The translations under genes were made by a program, and so were the position numbers. A model generated the notes under the pieces. That model made no database searches. It saw only the letters and a list, made by a program, of their open reading frames with translations, and was not told the DNA's origin. Shown piece after piece: positions 36,862 to 49,685 of a stretch of DNA of 64,000 bases. The DNA comes from Tubiluchus corallicola (taxonomy: Eukaryota > Animalia > Priapulida): the NCBI GenBank assembly GCA_030141605.1, contig JAQGDQ010000180.1, positions 310,001-374,000 on the forward strand, given 5' to 3'. How positions within the stretch are numbered: the stretch's first letter is position 1; every line of letters begins with the position of its first letter.

Positions 36862-37679
36862 CTGTAACAAAAAGAACAGAAATTAGTGCAAACTGACATA
36901 GAATTTCTTAGCCCTTAAACAGCTACCTGTCAACTTAGTTTATTTCCCACTGCAAGTTTAGACTTGCAAAAAAGAATACACCCCTAATTCTGTGCAAGTT
37001 GCACATTTATTTATTTATTTTTATTTTATTTTATTCACACCCAATAGTAAAATACAGTCGATAACAAAAACAATATACAAAAACACGGTGGTAAAAAACA
37101 TACAAATAAAATATTTACAAGACTGTGGTAAAGACACAAAGAAATTAACTGCTTACATGTGTCTATTGTGTACAGGGAATTTATGCAAGTTACTTTATAT
37201 AAGCGGCTATTCAATAACGTAATATTTTGTGCAGTTATGAGTGGTGCACCATCAACATAAGCGGGCTACAAGATAACATGGCTAGAAATTTGTTCAAGTG
37301 TCAGTTTTCTATAGGCCAGATGCACCATATTAGTTACTCGGGCATGGCATGAAAAATAATTGTGACTAACAAATTAATTCACATCTCCAAAAGCTTTGCT
37401 TACAATTCATAATGAAATTCATACAGCAAGTAAGTAAATAAACAGTAACAGTTAAGTGATGGACAAATGTAAAAAAGATATTCATTGAAGTTCAATGCAC
37501 CTGCAAACTAACAATTATGCTATAACTAAACGTAATAACAAGAAAAAGTTTGATAACTGAAATTTTAGGGTTTCCTCATGTTCATTTCACGGTAATGTAA
37601 AATTCTTAAGATGTATAAAAACATATGTAATGACAATAGTTTGTGATGATGGTAGAATAAGAGGCCTCTCCAAAAAATT

Positions 37680-37860
37680 AGTGAAGGTTTAGACTTGATC
37701 TTAGGAAATACAATTTATTAATATCTGGGACAGGGAACTGGTTAAAGGAGGAAGCTGTGAACGCTGCCAGTACAAATGCTTCCAAGAGCCACTTGGAGGA
37801 GTTCTTAAAGAAGAATGGGGGGCACAACACAAGTTTGTCCAAGCTTAAAGCCCCAGTTAC
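37680..37860 (+). mobile_element. CR1-like LINE 3' remnant
   Basis: RLDLRKY...WLKEEAVNAASTNASKSHL resembles a CR1 ORF2 C-terminus. Confidence 0.45.
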
Positions 37861-38128
37861 CATCGTCACCGATTACGTTTGTATTTAGATGAAATTGGTG
37901 GTCGTCGTCAATAAGAATCAATAACATTAACAAGTAAATAAGTAATTAAACATATTCCAGTCTAACACTTAACTATCATTAACAAAACAAATCCACCACA
38001 AATTTTAGTAATCTCGTCTGATCCCAAAAGAAATTTTATTAGCTTAGAAAGACTACACAATTGGACAGGGGCATGGCACATGAAAATTATATGCCGACAA
38101 AAACAGTCAAATTTCCTTTAGGACTTAC

Positions 38129-38182
38129 ACTTTTCAAATAACTCCACAAGCCATCAATTTCATTAGTCTTGATAAAGTTCAT
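38129..38182 (-). CDS. TMEM18: Transmembrane protein 18, coding exon 1
   Basis: aacATG; MNFIKTNEIDGLWSYLKS|GTAAGT, phase 0; the spliced CDS totals 462 nt = 153 aa plus stop. Confidence 0.85.
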
Positions 38183-39361
38183 GTTACGAAAATTTACGCA
38201 ACTGGTATTAACGTCATCTCAGCTTTATAAAAAGAGTATACATTGATTATTTATGCGCACAGACACTAAACCGAAGCAAAACCTGCCATGCGAGAATTTT
38301 TTTTTACCAATGTTGTTGATAGTGCTGTCACCTGTTGCCGACAATAAAAGTAACCACATGTAGTTGCATTCTCTTAGTGCACGGCGAATCGACTTCGGGT
38401 CAACTGGCCGACTGCAGTGATGCAGGGAATTCAAAATAATTATGGCTATAGAAGACTGGAAAACGGTCTAGACCAAATATGAGCTTTATGACAAGGCAAA
38501 ATTAGGCAATGACTATGAGGACAACAGCAAAAAACTAACAAAGTAGGTAATAAAGAAAATGGACAAAAAAGTAAAAACCAAAATGTAAAACATCAAGTAC
38601 AAAAGTAACAAAAGTTAGAAACAATAAAATTGAACAGACAAACTCAAGACGGCTAACGGATAAAAAGACACCTTAAAACAATAGTAAATAGTTAAAAAAT
38701 AAGTCACTTTAATTATTATGTATGACCCCTGCACTAAGTTTAATTAATAAAGTGGATGCTAGATCGGTGTTAGAGAAGAATTTTTATGATAGTGAAGAAC
38801 TTTTAATTAATATGCATGGTGAGCCTACAGATACAGAATTGACTCCTTTCCCCGACCTCCCAAATTTTTATTTTTTTTGTTTTATCTAAAATTTGCATAG
38901 TAATCTACACCAAATATGAGCAATATGAAAAGTTCTATAGCTCTATATACTGGTACTATAATTGACTTTCGTGTAAAAAGCTACATTATGCATAATATTG
39001 AAACTGAGCGCGCTTGTGCTATTTCGTAATTCGCATTAATTTGGCCCACATTTTAGACTGTTAGTCCGTCATCTCACTGTTTCTTGCTACAGATGTTATG
39101 ATGATTATAGTATGTGTTATGTACGACGAGTTAGAGACGAGAACTTAATTTAATTTCACGTTTTTGTTCGCTGATTAGTTAGCACACAATGCTGAGTGAC
39201 AGTGGGTTGGGGTTTTAGTAGATTTGTGAAACATTACAAAATTTTGCTGATACCCAGTACTTATGGGCTGAGAAAAAAAGCAACGTAATAAACGAAAATA
39301 AACGAACGGTAACATGCCTGTTTGATGGCTAAACATTTAGCTTGTGGGACAGTGTGTTTAA

Positions 39362-39693
39362 AAGAAAGGGCAAGTCAGGACAAGTCAAGTTTAATTTTAC
39401 TTTTGTCACTTACACTCAGAAAAATGTAATAAAGAAATTTGCACAAAAACTGTCTATAAAGCGCAAAGTCAATTTATTGTGCGCGAAGGTAGTCACCTTT
39501 CACTTAAGCATAACTTGAAATTATGACGTAACTGGTGGACTGCGTGACGTTTCACTGATGCTTGCTGCAACCATCGTGTGAGGCACAAAAGTTTTCGCTC
39601 CTCCTCATGTCGAAGTTGCTTGTACTAACCCTTCGTCAATGTATTATTGTTATTGCAAATGTAGGTATATAAGTTGATAATAATATAACAAGC

Positions 39694-39769
<76 letters not shown>

Positions 39770-40000
39770 TAATAGCAATAACAATACTTTAGATACTTTT
39801 GATGGAAATTAACAGTGCACTGCTTTTCTTCAGCTAATGAACGACGTCATTGGTGGAAAAAATGAGCATTCAAAATAGGAGTGTTTACGCGCGAAATGAT
39901 CACGACTTCAAACCGGTTTAACTAATTAAGCGACGCTTTTATTACTAAATCTTTCTAACATTTTTCTTCATCATTGAAATAAGCGTTGCTTCTCAAAAGG
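39362..40000 (-). mobile_element. Diverged Kolobok-like family B copy 4 with an inserted (AAT)n tract
   Basis: Reverse-complement similarity to 28735-29283; (AAT)n at about 39690-39785. Confidence 0.55.
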
Positions 40001-40708
40001 GTTGGTTAAAGGGTTAATATGTTTTATGTCATGTGTTTTATAACGTTTTACGATATTTTTTGTTTAAACATAATTTAATGAACGTGTAACATCTAGGATG
40101 GAAACAGACAGTTTTACCACTGGACATGTTCTCCCCTGACGGGAGCGAAACGCTAGACAGACGCAGAACAATGGTGACCACAATGTGCAAAAATGTTGCA
40201 ATAAATATGAACATTACTATGTAACAAGAGTAACAAAGTTAATACTATTTAAAGCGCTTAGTGTTTGAAACAAAAGACTGCACTAAAACAAAAATTTCAC
40301 TGTTCACAGAATAATCTAGGATATGGTTCACATGCAGGAACAAACGTACAAGTTCATTTGATGCAAGACCGTAAACATTGATGTTAAAAATTGACAAAAG
40401 AATGCAGAGATTTGTAAATAAGTCGTGTCTGGTCTGGTTGCAAAGAGTGCAACATATTTTTTAATAGACAAAACGAAAAAAACGTACTTGGATATATTAA
40501 TGTGGAAAGAACTTGAACTTTTCGTAAATCAAAAATTGAAAATGTTTACATTCAAGTCAGTTTTGTTAACCAAAGGTAAATGGCACCTTGTTAAGAGTGG
40601 TAATTTTCTCTCAGAATGAGACGCTATTGTGAAAGCATACCATGCAGGGAATACCCCGTCACAGGTAGTCGAACCAGGTAAGTGTGTGGGAGGTGACAAT
40701 ATAGGTGC

Positions 40709-40747
40709 TATAAATATGGGATGGCGTAGCGGGCTATGTGTGTCAGT
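40709..40747 (+). promoter_or_regulatory. Putative TATA box and initiator of the chitin-deacetylase-like gene
   Basis: TATAAATA at 40709-40716 and TCAGT at 40743-40747, about 45 nt upstream of the ATG of a signal-peptide exon; TATA-Inr spacing is slightly longer than canonical. Confidence 0.5.
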
Positions 40748-40791
40748 AGTGAAAGTAGGTTTGTAGACAAAAATCACATCTGAAAGTCAGG

Positions 40792-40840
40792 ATGAGAACT
40801 AGCACGACCATAGTGTTTACTGTCGCTTGTTTTTGCATCG
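40792..40840 (+). CDS. Chitin deacetylase-like protein (CBM14-LDLa-CE4), exon 1 (signal peptide)
   Basis: MRTSTTIVFTVACFCI + G|GTGAGT, phase 1; joins in frame to 56916 giving ...CFCIVHA/AP signal cleavage site. Confidence 0.72.
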
Positions 40841-41189
40841 GTGAGTTAATTACGCTCATTTGTATTAATTCATCAAATATTAAGTTCATTGGTGGTTTAA
40901 AAGACCGCGAATAATTTTTTTTAGTTGGAGAATCTATTTATTTATTTATTATTTGCGTGATTGGCTTGTTAAAACACAGAGCAGTCAATTAGCGGCCATT
41001 AGTGTTGTTTAAATTGTCTTAAACTTTTAAGGAATAAATCATACGAGTCTTTACTGTATAAATGAGAAAATTTGCATTATTGTCAAAATTAGCATTTAGA
41101 AATAGAAGATTCAATATAAAATTGTTTAATATTTTTCACTTACAGACAAGACTTACGGTGGCTTGTTGTATACTTGAAATAAATGTTAA

Positions 41190-41804
41190 AGCAAAACCGG
41201 ACCGAATCGGAAACTGTAGGTCAAAACAATCTACTCGTTAAAATATTGAAAGGAAACTATTTTTTTCAAAAATGGCTTACGTGAAAGAATTATTATCACA
41301 CAAATGCAATTTCGCCTTCGCGCCACTGGTTCTTCACTGTTACATGCATTTCGCCATTCTCTAGTTAGACGGGCACTGGCGCCTGCATTTCGGAAACGCA
41401 TTGCACAAAAACAGGTGCTGTACCTCTCTGTTCAGATGTATTAGTTTGTGACGAACTGCACACGTTCGACAGCTCATGCGTGAGCACAGCGGTAAACTTG
41501 AAATTTGAGTTTTTATCTTAAAATTTGCCTAGTTTTAGCACAACACCATGAATATCTCACAGTAGCACTGTACTTCAATTTTCGCTTTCACAAACACGTG
41601 CAACACACTCGCGGAATGTCTTTGCTGTTGAAAGTTATTCTAGTTTGTGATGTCATCATTAGTTAGGCTCGCCCGCCGTTAATTAAGTTTCTAATCTATT
41701 ATTTAATGACCAGAAACGGTTTTGCAGTATTAATTGTGTTAAAATGTATACTTTTTATCGAATTTGAAAATGGGGTTGTATATGAAAAATCATCCTGTCC
41801 TCGT
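41190..41804 (+). mobile_element. Kolobok-like MITE family A copy 2
   Basis: TTAA-flanked; colinear with 35944-36565. Confidence 0.8.
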
Positions 41805-43363
41805 TTAAGTAAATTTAGGTAGGTCTACATCAACTGGTCTTCTTTCTTCTTGTTACCCCCAAAATCTTTGGTCAGCTCGTTACCAATAATACGATATTAA
41901 AAATTATTATTGTATCTGATGTAGTCGACTGGTCATAATAACAGCAGATACCACTTATATTGTTTTATCATGGCGCATGTTAAAAAATGACAGTAATATA
42001 CGATTTAATAATCTTTTGTCGCTCATTTTATGGTATCAAAATTATACTCATACCAAGGTGCGAACTCACGACTCTCCGCTCTATAATTAATCATGCTGTT
42101 CGTTCGGTGTGCTCCAAGTAATAAACTCATAAGCGAAAAAACTGTGCGTTGATTCTTTATGCAGCGTCAGGACGTAAAGACGTCCTTTTAATTTGACTAG
42201 AATATCTCATCAGCAACCAAAAACGATAATATTTCACCGTACAGATGGAAATCAGACTGTCGGTCTGTACTTACGACAAAGTGGAAAGCATTGAAATTGT
42301 CCCGCAAAGCACAGATCAATTCTGTTTAGTGATGGCATCAGAAGATCCATTTGTTGTTTTCCCAATGATTAATTACATCCGATTAATTACATTAATTAAC
42401 CTTGTTTTTATTAGCCGGGGAAGGACAAAACTGTCTATCATTTACAGCCTGTTACATCGAGTTCAATGTGTTTTGATCAGTCATAGCAAATTAACTTCTT
42501 CATTAAAATATCGAGAGGGAACAGTCGGCATTTACTTTTATCGAAACCCTGATATTTAAGATTTATTGGTTAAAGATTTAATATTCATTCGACCGACGAC
42601 GGGATGGTGCTTTTATCCATAAGATATGACCGGATGAAGACAGGATGGGACGGGGTATAATGGGGTGAGGCGGCACAGGGTAGGGTACGACAGGACACAG
42701 GAGAGAACAAGACAGGGTAGGTTCAGGGGTAGCAGCGGTGATGTGAGGTAAGATGAAATATTTTCTTCTCATTTACACCATATAAAGGATAGGTAGGGGA
42801 AAGTGGGGCAAAGTGGAAGGGGGTTAAGTAGTTTTATTTATATGTAATTAATGTTAAGGTGTCCAGCATTGCCCATCTGTCCTTTGCTGACGTGGTCTTT
42901 CCTGCTTTTTACAAAAAAATGTTACTTAATTTCAGGGATCATTACAGTAATAATTGGCATCTTTGCTTTCGACTTTATTTTTTATCACTTTGTACCCGTA
43001 TTTTGGCAAAGTGAATTGCATTGGTGGTGTGAACTGAAATGATTGATTCCAATCAAAAACGCTATTTAATAAGTGACTGTGGTTAATTCTTTTGCGGTTG
43101 CTGAATTACCAAGGAGAAGTGTGCATTCATCTGTTTTATTTTACACGATTGTTTTAAACGCAAGGCAATAAATCATCTAGTATTTACGTAATCAACACAG
43201 ACAATATTGAAGAACTATAAGGTTGATGCTGTTACTTTAGCTTTGTCCCATTTGACGTTCCCCGCTTCGTGGTCACTCTGACAATGCCTTTTCGATGATC
43301 CAGAAAAAAAGAAACCAGATTCAAAATTAGTTAAAAAAATTTTGTTAAACATTTACCTATTTT

Positions 43364-43365
<2 letters not shown>

Positions 43366-43399
<34 letters not shown>

Positions 43400-43513
43400 G
43401 TGAGAGAGAGAGAGAGAGAAGAGAGACAGAGAGAGACAGAGAGAGAGAGAAAGTAACAGAGAGGAGAGAGAGAGAGAGCGAGAGAGTGACAGAGAGGAGA
43501 GAGTGACAGAGAG
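43366..43513. repeat. Imperfect (GA)n microsatellite
   Basis: Direct reading. Confidence 0.9.
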
Positions 43514-44943
43514 CAATATTCTGAAAACTTTTACAGTTGTATCAAATCACTACACGTAGCTAACTCAATTTTTACAAAAAATGGCTAAACATGAAAAATG
43601 TTCACTAGAATTTTTACTGCAGACGTACACATGAAACAAACAGTGGCATTTGTGTAGACGCTTGTTTGGAACTGTTCGAAGTAAAAACTGATATCATACG
43701 TGACAAATGTTTGAAGTGAGAAAACCATTTCATTTTACCCTCGCATTCCACTTTACCTCATTTTCCCCTACATGGAAAAAACATGGTTGACAATGAATGG
43801 TAAACAGAAATTAGCCAGCATTGGTAACCAATGACAAGCTAGATACAAATTTTAATTCTGATCATTGTCTCAGAATTGCTAAAAATCAGCACGCTACGTC
43901 GTTGCGTCGATACTTGTGTTGTTACTCGATTTGAATCGAATTAGTTGAAGACGCTTACAGGTAAGCAATACAGGTTTCAGTTTGGTTTGGCAAAAAGTCA
44001 TATTATCACACAAAACATTGCCACCAGTCACGATTAGATACGGTAAAAAGTGCAAAGGCCTTGAATTTAAAATCGTGCAAAACTGCTCCCAATATGCAAT
44101 GGCGAAGACGGAGGGTAGCCTCTATACAATGCGAAATTTGCTCAATTAATTCACGTAAATAGCTCAAGATGGGCTTAATGAATTTCCGGCTGTTTGATTT
44201 TGTCAATTGACAAGCTCCACGCGACCTCGTTTATAGTAAGCCGTGATAAAGGTGGATGCGCAGTGACAAGAATTACTCCATGATCGCGTTGACCTTCAAC
44301 TAGTATTGCCAATGTTCATAATTCAAATCACAATGTTCTGATAGCTTGCTATTGTAAAGTGAGACCTACATTCTTAGACTGTGGGGCTTAACAATGGAAT
44401 AGAAGTGAGATGAATAAAAATATTGTTTTACCGGCCTTACCGCTTGGTTCGACTGGTCCCTGGACAAGGTAAACTAAGGATCAACGAAAAAGGTTGGCCG
44501 GACAGTTTTACCCTATATAACAGAAACAAGTAAAAGACGTGGATGTGAGACTGATTGGGATTAATAACATAAAACCGCTTTTTGTGAATCTGATTGTTTT
44601 AGGTTTTAACGATTGATGTTGACAAAGAGGCAGGAGGCGTTAGGGGTGTTGTAGAGAGGTGAGGACAAGAAAGGAGATAAGAGGAAAAAAGAAAAGGAAA
44701 GGGGAAAGAAGAGAGGAGAGGAGAAGAGAGGAAAGGAAAGAAGATGATTGGGGAAGGAGGATGAGAGAAGAGATAATTTACTAATTTAGTGTGGCATAGT
44801 TTCATACCAATCAAGATATGTAATCTGTAAGGTAAATTATTAAATAATCTAAATAATGTTATATCACATATCTTTTGGCTATCTAACTATTGAATTGTGT
44901 TTCGATGTTGTTTTTAAATACTGGTAAATTTCTTTGCTTTAGA

Positions 44944-44982
44944 TGCCTTGATAATGAACAATTTGTTCGAAACCGGTCGGCA
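44944..44982 (+). ncRNA. Minimal type I hammerhead ribozyme (Penelope-like element terminus)
   Basis: UGCC-UUGAUAA-U-GAAC(aauuu)GUUC-GAAA-C-CG-G-UC-GGCA then AAUAAA: stem I, core with U3/A8, stem II, palindromic stem III and GUC cleavage triplet. Confidence 0.65.
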
Positions 44983-45269
44983 ATAAATTCCATTTTCACG
45001 TAGTTACATTTATCTGCCAAATATGAATAATTCAGTTTTTATACGTAAGTTTTAATTGGCTGACAACAATTTTGTCTGTTCATCTATCTAGCCAAAGCTA
45101 TTTATTTGTCGGTTGTAAGCAAACTGGCAACAATGTTTATAAATACACAAACGCAGCGGATAAATACACGTCAAATCTTGGAAATAATAAGACGTATTAA
45201 AAAACTAAATATCCATTCACATAACATTATATAGTAGTCCTGTCAAATTGAATTGGTGTTAATTGGCCC

Positions 45270-47600
45270 CCAGAGGGTGAACTGAAAACGAACACCTTCG
45301 AAAAAATGTAAAATCACCTCCAACAATAGAAAGTCTACACCAAGAATGGGAGGATTGTTTGTAAGAAACGGCTATTTTTGCAAATCTAGACGTTGTTAAG
45401 GGCCGTTCACCTGCAAAAAAGACCACCACGACAAACCTAGCCCCGTTGTAAGAAGGGCAGTTATTGTCATTTAAGGCCAAGAAGGTCCATGAATTGTTAC
45501 AGTTATTAAACCTGAATACCTTTTTTGGTGTACAGCGATTATACAGGTATGATTGCTGCAAATTGTTGCGGAGGTGAGCGACTCTGCACCTGTCGTCTTT
45601 GGAACTCATTAAGAGCTTAGCAGTAAACGACAGATAAAAGGAACGTTGGACATAGCATGCCGGACCGGATTTATCCCGAAGTGCAAAAACCGGACGCTAT
45701 TCGAACTAGGGAGCAAAAAACTGGACACTATTTGAATTATGTTCTACTACAAGACGATTCAAATGCATTTAAAATGGAAATGAACTGTCTTAAGCAAATG
45801 AGAATAGGTTCATGATATATTACCAAATTTGGCACAGAATTCGTCTACATTGGGATTTAAAAAGCATTATCCAAAAAGAAATTTAAAAGGTTGAAAAAGA
45901 TCGTCTGCCCTCAAGAAATTATAAGAGAAAATAGATTATTCGAAAAACTTTTGAGATGAATTTTTCCTAAATCTGATTCACCGAGATTTGGACAGTTTAG
46001 GGAACTCATTAGCAGAAATTTCAGGTCTCCTTAAACATACGGTGTGTTCTACAAAAGAGAGTCTCCCTAATTCCAGAATAAAACAGCTGCGCCATAATTT
46101 TGAAGAATGTCTTTTCACTTTGTATATCAACAAAAGAACATTCAAATTTCCCTGACAAAACTAATTACGTTTTCAGCGAGCAGAGAGCAATTGCAGTGCA
46201 TTTTTTTCGAAAATTATATGCTTTCAAAGTCTTTCCAGTCAACATTAACTCCATTAATCCATGGCACAAATCTTCATTATGTTGTCTGGAAATGCATTAT
46301 TTGATGATCATCAACATGTTATTGTATTTTTAGTTCAGAATTTAGTTCAGAACTTAGTTTGCCATTTTATTGGTGCTACTAAAGATTTTCCATTGATCGA
46401 CTGCATTAACCTTCCTTTCTTTCTCTTAGCTTTCATTTCTATCTATCCTACATGTTCCTAATCTATCCTACATGTTCTTATTCTGTCCTACATGTTCTTA
46501 ATCTATCCTACATGTTCTTATTCTGTCCTACATGTTCTTAATCTATCCTACATGTTCCTAATCTATCCTACATGTTCCTAATCTATCGTATACGTTCCGA
46601 ATCTGTCCTACACGCTCTTAATCTATCCTACATGTTCCTAATCTATCGTATACGTTCCGAATCTGTCCTACATGCTCTTAATCTATCCTACATGTTCCTA
46701 ATCTATCCTACATGTTCCTAATCTATCGTATACGTTCCGAATCTGTCCTACATGCTCTTAATCTATCTTACATGTTCCTAATCTATCCTACATGTTCCTA
46801 ATCTATCGTATACGTTCCGAATCTGTCCTACATGCTCTTAATCTATCTTACATGTTCCTAATCTATCGTATACATTTTTAATCTATCCTACATGTTCCTA
46901 ATCTATCCTATACGTTCCTAATCTATCCTACATGTTCTTATTCTGTCCTACATGTTCTTAATCTATCCTACATGTTCCTAATCTATCCTACATGTTCCTA
47001 ATCTATCGTATACGTTCCGAATCTGTCCTACACGCTCTTAATCTATCCTACATGTTCCTAATCTATCCTATACGTTCCTAATCTATCCTACATGTTCTTA
47101 ATCTATCCTACATGTTCCTAATCTATCCTACATGTTCCTAATCTATCCTACATGTTCCTAATCTATCTTACATGTTCGTAATCTATCCTACATGTTCCTA
47201 ATCTATCCTTTGTGTTCCTTTTATCTTCCGCCTGGTTTTGTTGTTGTTAAATTAGTTTAAAGTTACAATTGTAATTCGGCGTCTTGTATCAATGATTATG
47301 TAAATATATGAGGCATGTTGTCAGCTTACTTGCTCTCCGGCAAATATATTTTCGGTTGAAAAATGAAGATATGTTTTATAAAAAAGCTAAAGAAGTTGTA
47401 ATTAAAGAGGAGTGCTCAAAGCTGGAGAAACTTTGCTGAAATCTTGACTGTCAATTCGTCAAAGATGCTTTGTTTATGCCAATCACAATGACGCGTCTTT
47501 CTGTTTTTTTCTATATTTGAGCTTTGGTCAAGTGTCAAGGATTTGAGTTTAGTGTCTCAAGTGTCTCTTTTCAGTACGATCAACTCATTTTCTTCAAATG
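45270..47600 (-). mobile_element. Highly degenerate LINE remnant interrupted by a minisatellite
   Basis: Frameshifted KICAW.NG-like endonuclease start near 46250-46285 on the minus strand; boundaries uncertain. Confidence 0.3.
46441..47210. repeat. 20-bp minisatellite (atctatcctacatgttccta)n, about 38 copies
   Basis: Direct reading; variant units recur in blocks. Confidence 0.97.
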
Positions 47601-47917
47601 TTAAACAAAGAGACGCTAGCAGGTTTACCTATTTGGATTAGCGAGCTGTTGTACCGCCCAATTCTGACACAACTTGAAGACTTAAAGAGAAGCAGCTTGT
47701 AGAAAAATATTTGAGTGACTCATGCACCGAGTTAATCCTAACGACCAACTATTGTATATGTTTGGTATATTCTGGCGAATGGTAATTTTCCACTTGTAGA
47801 CGGCGTATGGAATCAATTACGTGTTGAACACTCATGTAGTCCATTACAATATTCAACTGATTCAATGTCTTAACATGAAACACGAGAGAGTACTCCTGAG
47901 ATTTGTCACCATTAATA

Positions 47918-48418
47918 AAAAAACGTAAAACCCCTTTATGGTCTCAAAGATTATAATATTTATTCAGTAGCGTTCGCCCTTGCGGGCCTCATCAGCTTTT
48001 AAGCTTTTAAAAAACAACAGATAAAATGCTAAGATAGAATGTACCAATATAAATGTAACTTAAGGTAACTTAAATTGCTTAATGTAACCCACCACATACA
48101 ATTCAATTTTATGTCCTTCTCACTGTAACACACCACAACAACTTGTGTTTGCTAAGTGTCTATAAACTTAACGTGACTTAAATTGCTTTATGTAACCCAC
48201 CACAAACAATTCAATTTTATGTCCTTTTCACTGTAACACACCACAACCACTTATGTCAAGTGTCTATAAATTATTGCTTTGAATGTTTTTGATTTACATT
48301 GGTATAATTATGCTGTTTAACATTTTAACTGTTATTTTCATTTGATGAGGCCCGCTAGGGTGAAAGCTACTGAATAAATATTATAATCTTTTAAATTATA
48401 AAGAGTATTACGTTTTTC
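47918..48418. mobile_element. Inverted pair of Penelope-like terminal repeats, each with a degenerate hammerhead motif, enclosing a ~117-bp tandem duplication
   Basis: 47918-47995 is the reverse complement of 48343-48418; the arms read (C/T)TGATGA-GGCCC-GC(A/T)A-GGG(C/T)-GAA(C/A)-GC-TA-CTGAATAAA. Confidence 0.6.
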
Positions 48419-49085
48419 TCTGTTAATCTATTAACAGTTAACTTTGTATTGGATACCCACGGCGTGTATGAATTGAACTGGTGATATCTTTGTCCAAAAA
48501 CGGTCAGCTGCTGCAGTAGTCTGGGGAAAAAACATCCGCCCTGGAGTTATTATTGGTCGTTGAGGACTTGAATGCTATAAATGGTGGATAATTTATCCAG
48601 AATTGATGAAAGTGCAAATGCTCAAGGACTTCAATTACAACCATAACGCGAAGGTCATCTATATATTGAGGTTTACTCGGTCAATTGAAAACTTGTCGCG
48701 TCTTGGTTTGCGACATCGCATGGTTGATCTGTTATATTGAAAAGCAAGAATTAACTTCTTCCGTGTTTCTTATTTATGGTTTGTCAACTTTATAGATCTA
48801 TGCAGCAGGGTTTATTCATACGCTTATATATTAATTTGTTTTCTGTACCGGATTATATCACAGGATGTTCGTTATTTTGAGCCTTCTGTGATAATGGCAA
48901 ATTTCACATCAGGAAAAGCAGTACATTGTTATAACATAAACATCATATTTATCCATATACGTCTCCTCTTTATGGCTCATGCAGCTCCATACAAAACAGT
49001 GCCAAAACACAATTAATTATGAGTTTATTACAATGATTGTTTAATTACACACACGTTGTTAATTACTAGTTTTGTGCATTTCTAA

Positions 49086-49685
49086 AGCAAAGTCGGACTC
49101 ATTCTTAAACTGTAGGTCAAAACAATCTACTATTTAAAATATTGAAAGCAAACATATAATTTCTTCAAAAATGATTTACGTGAAAGAATTATTACCACAC
49201 AAACACAATTTCGCGTTCGCGCCACTAGTTCTTCGCTGTTACATGCGTATCACCATTCGTTAGTTAGACGGGCACTAGTGCCTGCATTGCACAAGAAGCA
49301 GATGCTGTACCTTTCAGTTCAGATGTGTTAGTCTGTGACGAACTACACACTTTCGACAGCTCATGCGTGAGCACAGCGGTAAATTTGAAATTTTTATCTT
49401 AAAACCTGCCTGGTTTTAGTACAAAACACTAAATCTCTTACAGTAACACTGTACTTCAATTTTCGCTTTTGCAAACACGTGCAACACGTTCGTGGAATAT
49501 TTTTGCTGTTGAAATTTATGTTAGTTTGTGATGTCATCGACAGTTGATCTTGTCCGCCTTTATTTGAGTTTTTAATCTATTATTTAATTATCAGAAACGG
49601 TTTTTCAGTATTAAGTGTGTTAAAATGTATACTTTTTATCGGACTTAAAAATAGGGTAGTATATGAAAAATCATCCTGTCTTCGT
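49086..49685 (+). mobile_element. Kolobok-like MITE family A copy 3
   Basis: Colinear with the other family A copies; right TTAA intact. Confidence 0.78.

Noticed and set aside
39910-39919. Perfect Grainyhead-like palindrome AAACCGGTTT upstream of the CDA promoter
   Set aside because: It lies inside a transposon copy, and the same 10-mer also occurs in the LINE fragment near 29620; indistinguishable from chance
42268-42352. Minus-strand ATG...GTAAGT segment as an alternative TMEM18 first exon
   Set aside because: Wrong phase for exon 2, and a better-fitting first exon exists at 38129-38182
48480-48600. Possible Merlin/ISXO2-like transposase remnant (KRSAAA...NIRPGVII)
   Set aside because: Too short and degenerate to support without a profile search
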